Of a stretch of DNA of 64,000 nt, positions 40,561 through 49,856 are shown in pieces. Each line of letters opens with the position of its first letter. The stretch's first letter is position 1. The DNA lies in the NCBI GenBank assembly GCA_052168235.1, contig JBQLZK010000012.1, forward strand, positions 44,038-108,037, in the 5' to 3' direction. Source of the DNA: Thainema sp. (GTDB lineage Bacteria; Cyanobacteriota; Cyanobacteriia; Phormidesmidales; Phormidesmidaceae). A program made the position numbers and the translations under genes. The notes under the pieces were generated by a model. That model saw only the letters and a program-made list of their open reading frames with translations, searched no databases and was not told the DNA's origin.

Positions 40561-41796
40561 ATGAAACAGCAGTGGACACCAAACTGGATGAAGCGGTATT
40601 CAAAGCCCCTTTCCCTAGTGCTTTTAGCGTTAGCAGGAACAGCAGCACAATCATTTACTAACTTGCCCCAATCGTCCTACTCTCAATCGCGATCTCACCT
40701 TCCCATCGCTACAGATCAAATCCTAGTCAGCCAGGTGCCAGCCGGAGGACGCACGGGCCTCATTCAGGCAACAACGGGCAGCAGCTTTATTGCCGATGCT
40801 GTTGAACAAGTTGGCCCCGCCGTTGTCCGAATCAACGCCTCTCGCACCGTTGAAACGCAGGTGCCCTCTGTCTTTCGCGATCCCTTTTTCCGCCGCTTCT
40901 TTGGCGAGATTCCCGACATTCCCTCAACGCGGGTCGAACGGGGTACAGGCTCAGGTTTCATCATTGATCGTGATGGCTTGATTCTGACCAATGCTCACGT
41001 GGTTGAAGGTGCAACCGATGTGACCGTGACGTTGAAAGATGGGCGCGAGCTACAGGGACGTGTGTTGGGCCGCGATCCGCTGACCGATGTGGCTGTGGTT
41101 CGGGTGGAAGAAGGCAATCTGCCCGTTGTTAACCTGGGCGATTCGAATCAGCTTCGACCTGGAGAATGGGCGATCGCAATTGGCAATCCACTGGGCTTGG
41201 ACAACACCGTAACCGCAGGCATCATCAGCGCCACGGGTCGCAGCAGTTCCCAAGTCCGTATTCCCGACAAGCGAATTGACTTTATCCAAACCGATGCGGC
41301 GATTAATCCGGGAAATTCCGGTGGCCCGTTGCTGAATGAGCGGGGTGAAGTAATCGGCATGAACACCGCAATCATCGGCGGTGCCCAAGGTCTCGGTTTT
41401 GCGATTCCTATCAACGAAGCGCGAGAAATTGCTGACCAGCTGATTGCTACGGGTTCTGTTCAGCACCCCTATATCGGCATTCGGATGCAAACGCTAACGC
41501 CGGAACTGCGCGACGCCATCAACCGTGATCCTCGCTTTAACCTCCGAGTACAAGATGATGCGGGCGTAATTGTGATTGCTATCGTTGAAGGCTCTCCCGC
41601 TGCCAAAGCAGGACTGCGCCCCGGTGACGTAATTCGACAAATTAACGAGCGTGACATTGCTCGCGCTGAAGACGTACAGTCACTGGTGGAACAGTCTTCC
41701 ATTGGCGACACGCTCCAGCTTGAACTGCGACGCAATGGTCAAAATGTGACTGCGTCGATCCGCCCAGAGGCGCTGCCGGAGCAGTTGTTGAACTAG
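40561..41796 (+). CDS. HtrA/HhoA/HhoB family serine protease with PDZ domain
   Basis: [30 protein letters not shown] and a C-terminal PDZ. Confidence 0.95.
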   Translation: MKQQWTPNWMKRYSKPLSLVLLALAGTAAQSFTNLPQSSYSQSRSHLPIATDQILVSQVPAGGRTGLIQATTGSSFIADAVEQVGPAVVRINASRTVETQVPSVFRDPFFRRFFGEIPDIPSTRVERGTGSGFIIDRDGLILTNAHVVEGATDVTVTLKDGRELQGRVLGRDPLTDVAVVRVEEGNLPVVNLGDSNQLRPGEWAIAIGNPLGLDNTVTAGIISATGRSSSQVRIPDKRIDFIQTDAAINPGNSGGPLLNERGEVIGMNTAIIGGAQGLGFAIPINEAREIADQLIATGSVQHPYIGIRMQTLTPELRDAINRDPRFNLRVQDDAGVIVIAIVEGSPAAKAGLRPGDVIRQINERDIARAEDVQSLVEQSSIGDTLQLELRRNGQNVTASIRPEALPEQLLN

Positions 41797-41896
41797 CGCT
41801 CCTTCAGGATTATTTCTCTTCTCCTCTGGATAGACCGAGTAGGGGAGCGAGGGGACAAGGGAGAGCGCGCGGGTGTCATTAGTGGCTGAAGTGGAT

Positions 41897-41946
41897 AAAC
41901 GTTTGAACGTTCAAAACGTTTCAACGTTCAAACGTTTCAACGCTTT
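41897..41946. repeat. Short tandem repeat of the palindrome AACGTT with about 8-nt period
   Basis: AACGTT at 41898, 41906, 41915, 41923 and 41931, plus AACGCT at 41939. Confidence 0.85.
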
Positions 41947-41978
41947 CAAATTCCCTAATGTCTTAACCGATGTGGTTG

Positions 41979-42581
41979 CTATATCGTGGTGTTGGTCTGT
42001 TTGCGTGAACTGAGATCGCACCTGATCCGCCGCCAGCCCCATAATCCTGCCAGTGCGATCGCACTGTAGGCTAGCTCAACTCGAATAAATTCTAGATGTC
42101 CCCAGTAGAGCAGTCCTTCTGAATGATGCACGGATGGAAAAAGGGGTTGAGCGGCTTGAAAATATTGATCTGAAAACGGCTGCAAGAGCTGCATACCGGG
42201 GCCGCCTGCCGTGAAGTAGTCCAGCAGTAAATGGCTACCGTACACCATTAGCGTCAGGCCACAGCTCATCATCGCAATTCTCATCAAACGATGACGATTG
42301 AGCCGATAACCTATCTGGAAACCAACAAAAAACAGTAAACCTGCGATCGCACTGACGACCAGCATCGCCATCAAACTATGGCTAATGCCGCGATGCTTCC
42401 CCAGGCCAATCATCTGCCCTAGGAAATCTAGATCTGCTAAATTGCCGACCAACACACCGTACAGTCCTAGCAATCGGGCCGAAGCTGAGCGAGTGAAGGG
42501 CGATACTGCTTGAACGATACGCGGCGGCAGTAAACTTGCGCAAATATAACCTGCAACAGAATGTGCGATCGGAGAGGGCAT
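41979..42581 (-). CDS. Membrane-bound metal-dependent hydrolase (YdjM/DUF457-like)
   Basis: MPSPIAH, LADLD, HRGISHS and SHLLLD. Confidence 0.85.
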   Translation of the reverse strand: MPSPIAHSVAGYICASLLPPRIVQAVSPFTRSASARLLGLYGVLVGNLADLDFLGQMIGLGKHRGISHSLMAMLVVSAIAGLLFFVGFQIGYRLNRHRLMRIAMMSCGLTLMVYGSHLLLDYFTAGGPGMQLLQPFSDQYFQAAQPLFPSVHHSEGLLYWGHLEFIRVELAYSAIALAGLWGWRRIRCDLSSRKQTNTTI

Positions 42582-42612
42582 AGTGGCTCAAAATCTAAAC
42601 AAGTTAATCGTG

Positions 42613-42687
42613 TTTAAACCAAATCCAGGTTGAAAAGTAGAGTTTTCCCTCAGGGAAAACTCTACTTTTCAACCCTGTTGGGGTTTA
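42613..42687. repeat. 75-bp hairpin element, copy 2 (copy 1 at 18472-18546)
   Basis: Same sequence and orientation; differs only by one compensatory C-G to T-A pair. Confidence 0.92.
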
Positions 42688-43033
42688 GAGTCCTGTTTTT
42701 GTAATAACTGAATAATGTTGATACTGCTACTCTTCTGTTGCTCCACTCCAGATACAGGGGAACACTGAAACCATCTTATTTGGAGCAAATTCTTGCGTCC
42801 AAAATGCCTGTTTTGGGGTTTAATTGCAACCTTGCAAAATTAAGTCTTCATATTTATCTGTGCATTGCTGCTAAAGCATAAACTTTGGGACAAGAAGCCG
42901 GAACGCTGTGCAGATAGCTGTATTACTGCACAGTGCCAGGGAAGTCTAGTAATTAGGATAACCAATCAGGTTAGTGTCTACGTCACGTTAAACCACCGCA
43001 CTCCGCTCACTCTCACCATGTCACCTTCGGCTC

Positions 43034-43819
43034 ATGAATCTTTTAGACGATACAGCGGTTCGACAAGTTGCCATTCCAGGAATTTTGGGTGGGCTTGGCC
43101 CCCTTGCCCATATTGAATTTGAGCGACGTCTGCTGTCGGAAAGCACCAGACGAGGGGCGCGCTGCGATCAAGACCATCCCACTTGGCTACTCGTTAATGC
43201 CACGGCTATCCCCGATCGCAGTCGCAGCATTGCTGGAAAAGTTGAAGATTGTACGCCTTGGCTTGTGAGATATGGTCAGCTGCTGGAATCAGCGGGTGTG
43301 AGTTTTCTAATTGTGCCCTGTAATACGGCCCACGCCTTCTACGACCGAGTCCAGCCACAGCTCAACATTCCCTGGATTCACCTGATGACCTGTACATCGA
43401 AACACATTGTGGAGACTTATCCGACTGCGCAGCGGATTGGTGTCCTGGCTACCGACGGCACCTTGAAAACCGGCTTATACAGCAGAAGTTTAGCCCGTGC
43501 AGGTCTAATTCCCATCATGCCTGCACTCGATTCGGACATTCAGCAGAAAATTATGCAGGTTATTTATGACCCAAATTGGGGAATTAAAGCATCAGGAACT
43601 TGGATTTCTGATCAAGTCCTAACTCTTCTGGAGGACATCTCAGGCTGGTATGCCAAGCAAGGAGCCGATTTGCTGATTGCTGGCTGCACTGAGCTATCCG
43701 TTGGTTTCGCTCGTGCTCAAAACTTGGCCGTACCGTGGGTTGATCCACTGGATGCGGCTTCCAAAATCACGCTGGATTTGGCATTTGGTCTGCGTCACAT
43801 CCATTCGTTTGCCGCTTAG
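43034..43819 (+). CDS. Aspartate/glutamate racemase family protein
   Basis: GILGGLGPLA, DQDH, IPDRS, PCNTAH and AGCTELS (both catalytic Cys present). Confidence 0.92.
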   Translation: MNLLDDTAVRQVAIPGILGGLGPLAHIEFERRLLSESTRRGARCDQDHPTWLLVNATAIPDRSRSIAGKVEDCTPWLVRYGQLLESAGVSFLIVPCNTAHAFYDRVQPQLNIPWIHLMTCTSKHIVETYPTAQRIGVLATDGTLKTGLYSRSLARAGLIPIMPALDSDIQQKIMQVIYDPNWGIKASGTWISDQVLTLLEDISGWYAKQGADLLIAGCTELSVGFARAQNLAVPWVDPLDAASKITLDLAFGLRHIHSFAA

Positions 43820-43829
43820 GAGAAACTCA

Positions 43830-45161
43830 ATGTTCAAAAAGACAAGGCAATCCGCCCACAAAACCTTGCTGAGGTTAGGACTACTGACGGTGGTTGGGCT
43901 ATTCATCGTTGGGTTCTCCCAACTGATCCCGCTGAAGGCTGTGGCGACGACCAGCCCATCTGCGCCAGCGGTGGAAATGACAGTGGCGCAAGCTCCAACT
44001 AATAACGTGACCGATAGCGTGACCGACAGCGCGATGGGCAGCACGGATGATACCAATGCGCCTCAACAAACGCTACGGGTCGGCAGCCGGGGTGAAGCGG
44101 TTAAACAACTGCAAACTAAGCTCCAGCAGCTAGGCTATTTTGCTGGCACTGTTGATGGTGTCTACGGCAACGCAACTCGTCAGGCTGTTCTAGAATTTCA
44201 GACGGCAACTGGTCTGTCAGGTGACGGCATAGCTGGAGCTGAAACTGTTGCTCAGTTACAGACGGCCTCTCCTAAACCAACCCGTGAGCCGGAGGCAAGT
44301 AATACGGAAGTTGAAATTGCGATCGCAACCTCAACAAACTCAACTTCAAACCCAGCACCTGCCGCAGTTCCAACTCGTGCAGAAGATACAGCCTTGATGC
44401 CACCGGATCTCCAGCGGATTCTCGACCGGGGCAAACTAATTGTGGCGGTTTTAAATGAAGACAATCCACCCTTCTTCATGGCTGGCGAGAGCGACGCACT
44501 GGATGGTTCTGATATTCAACTGGCCCGCGATATCGCTCAACAGCTTGGCATAGACGTGGAATTTCAGCGCGGCGCACAAACCTTCAATGAAGTCGCCGAT
44601 ACGGTTTACCAACGCGACGCCGACATGGCAATCTCGAAACTCAGCCGCACCATGCAGCGGGCGCAGCGAGTTCGATTTTCACGCCCCTATCTCAACATGC
44701 GCCACGGTCTGCTGGTCAATCGGCTGCAAATGGCTCAGCAAGCGAAAGGCCGCAGCATGACCGAGGTGATTCGCAATTTGGAAGGTCGTGTCGGCGTGAT
44801 TGAAGGCTCGTCCTATGTTGGCTTTACCAAACAGAAGTTCCCCAAAGCCGAAGTCGTCGAATACCCATCCTGGCCCGCTGTCGTAGAAGCCGTTACCCAA
44901 GGTGATATTTTGCTGGCCTACCGTGATGAGCTAGAGGTGAAGAAAATCGTTCGCAGTCAGCCCGACGCCGCCCTGAACTTTCAAACTGTGGCTTTAACTG
45001 ACACCAACGATTTTATTGCGATCGCAGTTCCTTGGGAAAGTACTCACCTTCTTGCCTTTGTTGATCAGTACCTCGAAACCTCTAGCACCACCTATACCGC
45101 AGATTCCCTGCTAGAGCAGTATTCAGTCTATTTTCAACCCAAACCCGCTGAAGAATCGTGA
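43830..45161 (+). CDS. Peptidoglycan-binding domain plus amino-acid-type solute-binding protein (SBP family 3)
   Basis: N-terminal TM; LRVGSRGEAVKQLQ...DGVYG...FQ...GL..DGIAG (PG_binding_1); IL.RGKL.VA...PPFF...G.DI.LA...SKLSRT..RA..V.FS.PY. The AGGAGA RBS overlaps the racemase stop. Confidence 0.88.
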   Translation: MFKKTRQSAHKTLLRLGLLTVVGLFIVGFSQLIPLKAVATTSPSAPAVEMTVAQAPTNNVTDSVTDSAMGSTDDTNAPQQTLRVGSRGEAVKQLQTKLQQLGYFAGTVDGVYGNATRQAVLEFQTATGLSGDGIAGAETVAQLQTASPKPTREPEASNTEVEIAIATSTNSTSNPAPAAVPTRAEDTALMPPDLQRILDRGKLIVAVLNEDNPPFFMAGESDALDGSDIQLARDIAQQLGIDVEFQRGAQTFNEVADTVYQRDADMAISKLSRTMQRAQRVRFSRPYLNMRHGLLVNRLQMAQQAKGRSMTEVIRNLEGRVGVIEGSSYVGFTKQKFPKAEVVEYPSWPAVVEAVTQGDILLAYRDELEVKKIVRSQPDAALNFQTVALTDTNDFIAIAVPWESTHLLAFVDQYLETSSTTYTADSLLEQYSVYFQPKPAEES

Positions 45162-45164
45162 GAC

Positions 45165-45326
45165 AGAGTGCGAGTGAGTGCTCAGTAAAGTGCTGAGTGC
45201 TGAATTCTGAGGTCTGAGTTAAAGAAAATTTCGCCTCACGCCTCACTTTCTTTATAACCCCCTACAACCCTCCTACCCATCTACCCATCCCCCCATCCAC
45301 CCTCCTACTCTCCCACCCTTTCACCC
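45165..45326. repeat. Cyanobacterial STRR-like short repeats and C-rich tract
   Basis: GTGCTGA-like units, CGCCTCA twice and CCCATC/CCTACC units in the intergenic space. Confidence 0.6.
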
Positions 45327-45335
45327 CAAAACATC

Positions 45336-46625
45336 ATGACTATCGCTAGCCGCTTTAAGCGTCCGCCCAGCTTCTCGATTCACTGGCTCCGCAGCCCTTG
45401 GGCTATTCTCATCAGCGTCATTTTGGGAGTCTACATTGGCACGTCCCATCACGGCATCGCTGATCTGATTACACCGATTGGGGAACTGTATCTTGGCATA
45501 TTGAAAATGTGCGTCATGCCCATCCTGCTGGCCGCTATCACCACCAGTATTGGGCGGCTCATGGGCACCAGCAATGCCGGACAGTACATCCGCCGCATTT
45601 TGATTGTGTTTCCGGTTAGCCTGCTGCTGATCAGTACCTTGTCCCTGGTAATTGCCATGATTACTGGGCCGGGTCGCAACTTGTCCGTCTCCACGCTGGA
45701 AACGCTGGGAGTGCTGGTCAATAACTCCGGCATCGATATGGAGATCTCCCTAACTGGCCCGATTCAAGAGGCAGAAGAAACCTTGGGGCTGACTACCTTC
45801 TTTTTGAATATGGTGCCAGAGAATATCTTTACCGCTTTGAGTGAGGGCCAAACGCTAAAGGTACTGGTTTTCTCAATTGTTTTTGGCGTTACGCTGGGCT
45901 TGATTCAGGAGCCGATTACGCAATCCGTTTTTGACGCCTTGGAAAGCATTTATAAAGCGTTCAACCGAATCATTCACTGGATGACCTATCTGCTGCCCTT
46001 TGGTTTGTGTAGCTTGTTGGCCCATCAGTTGTCTCAACTGGGCTTGGATGTGATGTTCTCTATGCTGAACTTCATCCTGGTTGCGATCGCAACTTTTGCC
46101 ACCATCTACATCCTCTGCACCCTGATCATCTGGTACCGCGCCAAGGTCTCCCTACTCAAGGTGCTATCGGTTGTGAAAGAGCCCACAATTCTAGCGCTTG
46201 CCACCTCCAGTAGCTTGGCCTGCCTGCCCTCGGCGATTTCCACCCTGCACGAAGAACTGAAGTTTGAGGCACAGGCAACGAGCTTGGTTACACCTTTGTC
46301 GATTACGATTGGCCGCTTTGGGTCGGTGATCTACTTTGTGCTGGCCTCGGTCTTCGTTGCGCAACTTTATGATGCGAAATTGGGCTTATCTGGGCTGTTC
46401 ATTATTATCATTGGTTCTATCTTCGCGGGGATGGCGACCTCTGGCGTCACGGGCATTCTCACCCTCACCATGATGGGACTGGTGCTCGAACCGCTGAAGC
46501 TGCCTCTCGAAGCGGTATTGGTGCTATTCATTGCCATTGACCCCATCATGGATCCCTTCCGCACGCTGGGCATCGTTCACACCGGAATGGCAACAACCGC
46601 AATGGTGGCTGATTTAGAGTCTTAG
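45336..46625 (+). CDS. Dicarboxylate/amino acid:cation symporter (DAACS)
   Basis: LKMCVMP, VPENIF, LALATSSSLACLP and IDPIMDPFRT. Confidence 0.9.
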   Translation: MTIASRFKRPPSFSIHWLRSPWAILISVILGVYIGTSHHGIADLITPIGELYLGILKMCVMPILLAAITTSIGRLMGTSNAGQYIRRILIVFPVSLLLISTLSLVIAMITGPGRNLSVSTLETLGVLVNNSGIDMEISLTGPIQEAEETLGLTTFFLNMVPENIFTALSEGQTLKVLVFSIVFGVTLGLIQEPITQSVFDALESIYKAFNRIIHWMTYLLPFGLCSLLAHQLSQLGLDVMFSMLNFILVAIATFATIYILCTLIIWYRAKVSLLKVLSVVKEPTILALATSSSLACLPSAISTLHEELKFEAQATSLVTPLSITIGRFGSVIYFVLASVFVAQLYDAKLGLSGLFIIIIGSIFAGMATSGVTGILTLTMMGLVLEPLKLPLEAVLVLFIAIDPIMDPFRTLGIVHTGMATTAMVADLES

Positions 46626-46657
46626 GTTATTCTGTCCCCTTTCTCACGGGTTTTGTT

Positions 46658-48118
46658 ATGCAGCGTTCTCCGTCTCGCCAGCGTTTAAATACGCGATCGC
46701 GCTTTGGCCTCAAAACCACCCTTGTGGGCGCTATCTTGCTCATCGTCAGCGCCACGGCCACGGTCGTTTATATTCCTTGGTGGTTGATGTCCCAAAGAAA
46801 TATCAAAACTATCGTCAACCAGGTCAACAAAGAAATCATTCAGGGTACCTCCCAAGAAGTGGAGCGTCTATTTGCTTCCAACGAATCTGCCCATCAGCTT
46901 ATTCTCAGCAGCATCAACCGCAACTTGCTGACGCTAGATCGGGCTGAAGAGCGAGAAAACTATTTAATTAGTGTCCTAGAGGCCAATCCAAACTTTACTT
47001 GGGTGCAGTTTGGCTATAGCAATGGCGATTTTATTGGGGCCCAGCGTACGACGGATGGACTAATCAAGTATCACAATCGAGACTGGAATCCAGAAACTCA
47101 AAAAACGGTTGCTACAATCCGCACGTACCAGAATGATGAAGGCAACCTGGAACTGCTGGATCAGGAAATCGCCGAAAGGAATCCGCCCTACTATGCACCG
47201 GATCGTCCTTGGTATCAGAATGCCGTCGAGAAACAGGGTGAAACAGCCTGGACTATCTACATCTACAGTTCGAGTAGCACTCCGGGCATGGATTCGAGTG
47301 TCGTGCTTGAACGAGATGGTGAGGTACTTGGCGTCATTGGTGTTGGGATGGAACTGACCCAGCTATCTGAGTATTTATCGCGACTCCAAGGCGATCGAGC
47401 GGGTGAAATTTTCATCATCAATGCCCAGGAAGAGCTGATTGCAGCAAGTAACCCAGCTGCTGTTTTGCCCGAAGCTGGGATGGAAACCAATATGCAGCAA
47501 TTCAACAATACTGATGATTTAATGCTGCAGTTGGCTTACCAGGGGTTTCAGACCGAGAATATTACAAACCAGCTGGTTAATGAGCTAGAGAAAGGTGAGT
47601 CACAGAAATTTGTCTACGCTGACCCCGACTCCGGTGAAAAGTATTTAATTTCATTTGCTCCCATTGGGCGAAACAACTGGATTTTAGGGACTATCATTCC
47701 GTCTGATAGCTACTTGGCCACTATTCGTCGCAATCAGCAGATCCTACTGGTGGCGATTCTGTTTTTTATCATTGGTGCAGCGGGCATTGCCATCCTGATT
47801 TCCGATCGCCTAATTGCTCGGCCTATTCTCAAAATTGCCAATATGGCCACCGACATTGAAACTGGCCAGTTCGAAGTGCATCAGCTCGCTGAAGTCGCTG
47901 AGCGCCAGGACGAACTGGGTCGGCTAGCTCGCGTGTTTCAAACAATGGCGCAGCAGGTTTATGAGCGGGAATACAAAATGCGGCAGCAAATTGAAGAACT
48001 CGGCTTCAAGGCCGATCAAGCCGAACTACAGCAGCTCAATCTCGATCAAGTTGACAGCTACCAGCAGTTGCTAATCAAATCCCGCCGCCTGCGCGGCAGC
48101 CTACAGCAAAAGCGCTAA
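46658..48118 (+). CDS. TM - dCache - TM - HAMP protein with no catalytic output domain
   Basis: YYAPDRPWY Cache motif, [19 protein letters not shown] and a short coiled-coil tail ending at the stop. Confidence 0.85.
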   Translation: MQRSPSRQRLNTRSRFGLKTTLVGAILLIVSATATVVYIPWWLMSQRNIKTIVNQVNKEIIQGTSQEVERLFASNESAHQLILSSINRNLLTLDRAEERENYLISVLEANPNFTWVQFGYSNGDFIGAQRTTDGLIKYHNRDWNPETQKTVATIRTYQNDEGNLELLDQEIAERNPPYYAPDRPWYQNAVEKQGETAWTIYIYSSSSTPGMDSSVVLERDGEVLGVIGVGMELTQLSEYLSRLQGDRAGEIFIINAQEELIAASNPAAVLPEAGMETNMQQFNNTDDLMLQLAYQGFQTENITNQLVNELEKGESQKFVYADPDSGEKYLISFAPIGRNNWILGTIIPSDSYLATIRRNQQILLVAILFFIIGAAGIAILISDRLIARPILKIANMATDIETGQFEVHQLAEVAERQDELGRLARVFQTMAQQVYEREYKMRQQIEELGFKADQAELQQLNLDQVDSYQQLLIKSRRLRGSLQQKR

Positions 48119-48834
48119 GCTGACGACGCCTGCTCGATCGATTCGGTTGATTCTGCCTCAGCATGGGGCTGATAACCATCGGGAAAAATCGCGCCTTCGA
48201 GCTGGGCATCGGTAAAGTCCACTCCATTCAGGCTGGCATTGCTGAAATCAGCCCCATGCAGCGTCGCGTGACTGAACTTGGCTCCATCTAGATTCGCACC
48301 GTTGAAATTGGCCTGAATTAAGTCAGCCTCGCTCAAGTCTGCCCCACTCAAATCGGCATTACTAAAGTCAGCCCGAATCAAGCTACTGCCCGTAAAAATC
48401 GTGCCGATCAAATCCGCCCCGGTAAAGTCAGTCTCAATCAGGCTGGCATGACTCAGATCGGCCCGAATCAGTGCCGCATAGCTGAGATTGGCGTGGCTAA
48501 AATCAGCCCGACGCGAATCTGTTTCAATTAAATTGGCGTGGGGCAGCTCGGCCTCGCTTAGATCCGTTTTCCGCAGTTCGGCACCGCTCATGTCAGCTTC
48601 TGACAAATCTGCTTGACTCAAATCAGCCGCAATCAAATCATTGCGGTGCAGGTTCGCATCTGACAAATCCGCACCGCTATAGTGCCCGCCCCGCAAGAGA
48701 CTGGCACCGCTCAAATCGGGCCGAATATCCTGGTGCTCTGCTCGCCACTGATTCCACTCTTCAACGTCCTGCTGGATCAAAGCCAGATGATCTGGATTTG
48801 CCAAAATGCCTCCTTCGGCAATCGTGTGCGCCAT
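48115..48834 (-). CDS. Pentapeptide repeat protein
   Basis: WNQWR...PDLSGA followed by A(D/N)(L/F)xx repeats. Confidence 0.95.
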   Translation of the reverse strand: MAHTIAEGGILANPDHLALIQQDVEEWNQWRAEHQDIRPDLSGASLLRGGHYSGADLSDANLHRNDLIAADLSQADLSEADMSGAELRKTDLSEAELPHANLIETDSRRADFSHANLSYAALIRADLSHASLIETDFTGADLIGTIFTGSSLIRADFSNADLSGADLSEADLIQANFNGANLDGAKFSHATLHGADFSNASLNGVDFTDAQLEGAIFPDGYQPHAEAESTESIEQASSA

Positions 48835-48905
48835 TCACGCTTAATGACTCAATCAGCATATCCAGAGTGAAAGTGCGATCGCATCCATCCCAATCTAGAT
48901 TCTCA

Positions 48906-49802
48906 TCACTTTTTCAATCCCCAAACACTCTCCCTCTGCCGCTCCGACAGCGTCACCTGCAAATACGGCAGTCCCTGGTGAAATGACGTGGCACTGCACA
49001 GCTCTGGCCAGCGCGGTTGATGAGAGGTGTAAGCGAAAAAGACGGCAACGCGCTCCGTCTGCGGCACCCGTCCGTGATGAAACACTTTAGCGGTGTCAGT
49101 GAAAATAACGGTTCCGGCTTTGCCCGTGCAGACTTGCCACTGGTCTGGCGGCACCACCTGGGCCATGTCGGAATTGGAGATTTGGTAGTTCACGGCCTTG
49201 AACTGCTTGTAGGAGGGCGATTGCGACTTGGGGATGTACTCAAAGGGGCCGTCGGTCTCGCCCACGTCCGTCAGATAAATAATGATTTTGACCACATGGC
49301 GATCTTCGCCATCGCGGTGCCAGAAACGAGTGCCAATCTGCTGCCCATCCACCACGTCCCGCCGCAGATTGACGCCCTGGCAAGCAACGGGAGCCTGCAT
49401 GTAGACTTCCAGAATATTCAAAATGCGATCGCACAATCCCCAGGTAAATAGGGCTGAATAATCCCTGGCAATCTGAATTGGGCTAGCGGGGACGGCGTGA
49501 CTAAAAGCGTTCTGTCGATCATGGGGTCGAGGTGCGATCGCAGGTTGCGTTTGTAGCTCGGCCATCAGCGCTTGAGCGGCTTGCATAAACTGCTCGGTAT
49601 CTGGGATTGCCAGTTCAGCTAGCGAGGAAACCGCTACACCGTCTTGTTTAATAACTGACACAATTCGCTGATCAACCGGATGGAGTAGCGCCCGCTGTGT
49701 CTCAATCTGAGGTGCATAGCGCTGCTGTTCCAGCCAAAACTTGACCTCCGACTGAGCCACCTGCCACTTGCGCCGAATCTTTTGCGGGAGCGTCTGAAGC
49801 AT
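48906..49802 (-). CDS. 2OG-Fe(II) oxygenase / PhyH-like protein
   Basis: WHRDGED, KIIIYLTDV...GPFEYI and GTVIFTDT...HHG. Confidence 0.8.
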   Translation of the reverse strand: MLQTLPQKIRRKWQVAQSEVKFWLEQQRYAPQIETQRALLHPVDQRIVSVIKQDGVAVSSLAELAIPDTEQFMQAAQALMAELQTQPAIAPRPHDRQNAFSHAVPASPIQIARDYSALFTWGLCDRILNILEVYMQAPVACQGVNLRRDVVDGQQIGTRFWHRDGEDRHVVKIIIYLTDVGETDGPFEYIPKSQSPSYKQFKAVNYQISNSDMAQVVPPDQWQVCTGKAGTVIFTDTAKVFHHGRVPQTERVAVFFAYTSHQPRWPELCSATSFHQGLPYLQVTLSERQRESVWGLKK

Positions 49803-49856
49803 TTGCGAAATTCCTCAGCGTTGACTGAACTAATCTATAAATAGCGCACTCAAAGC

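Noticed and set aside
43677..43829. N-terminal extension of the SBP ORF
   Set aside because: Overlaps the racemase; the RBS supports the ATG at 43830.
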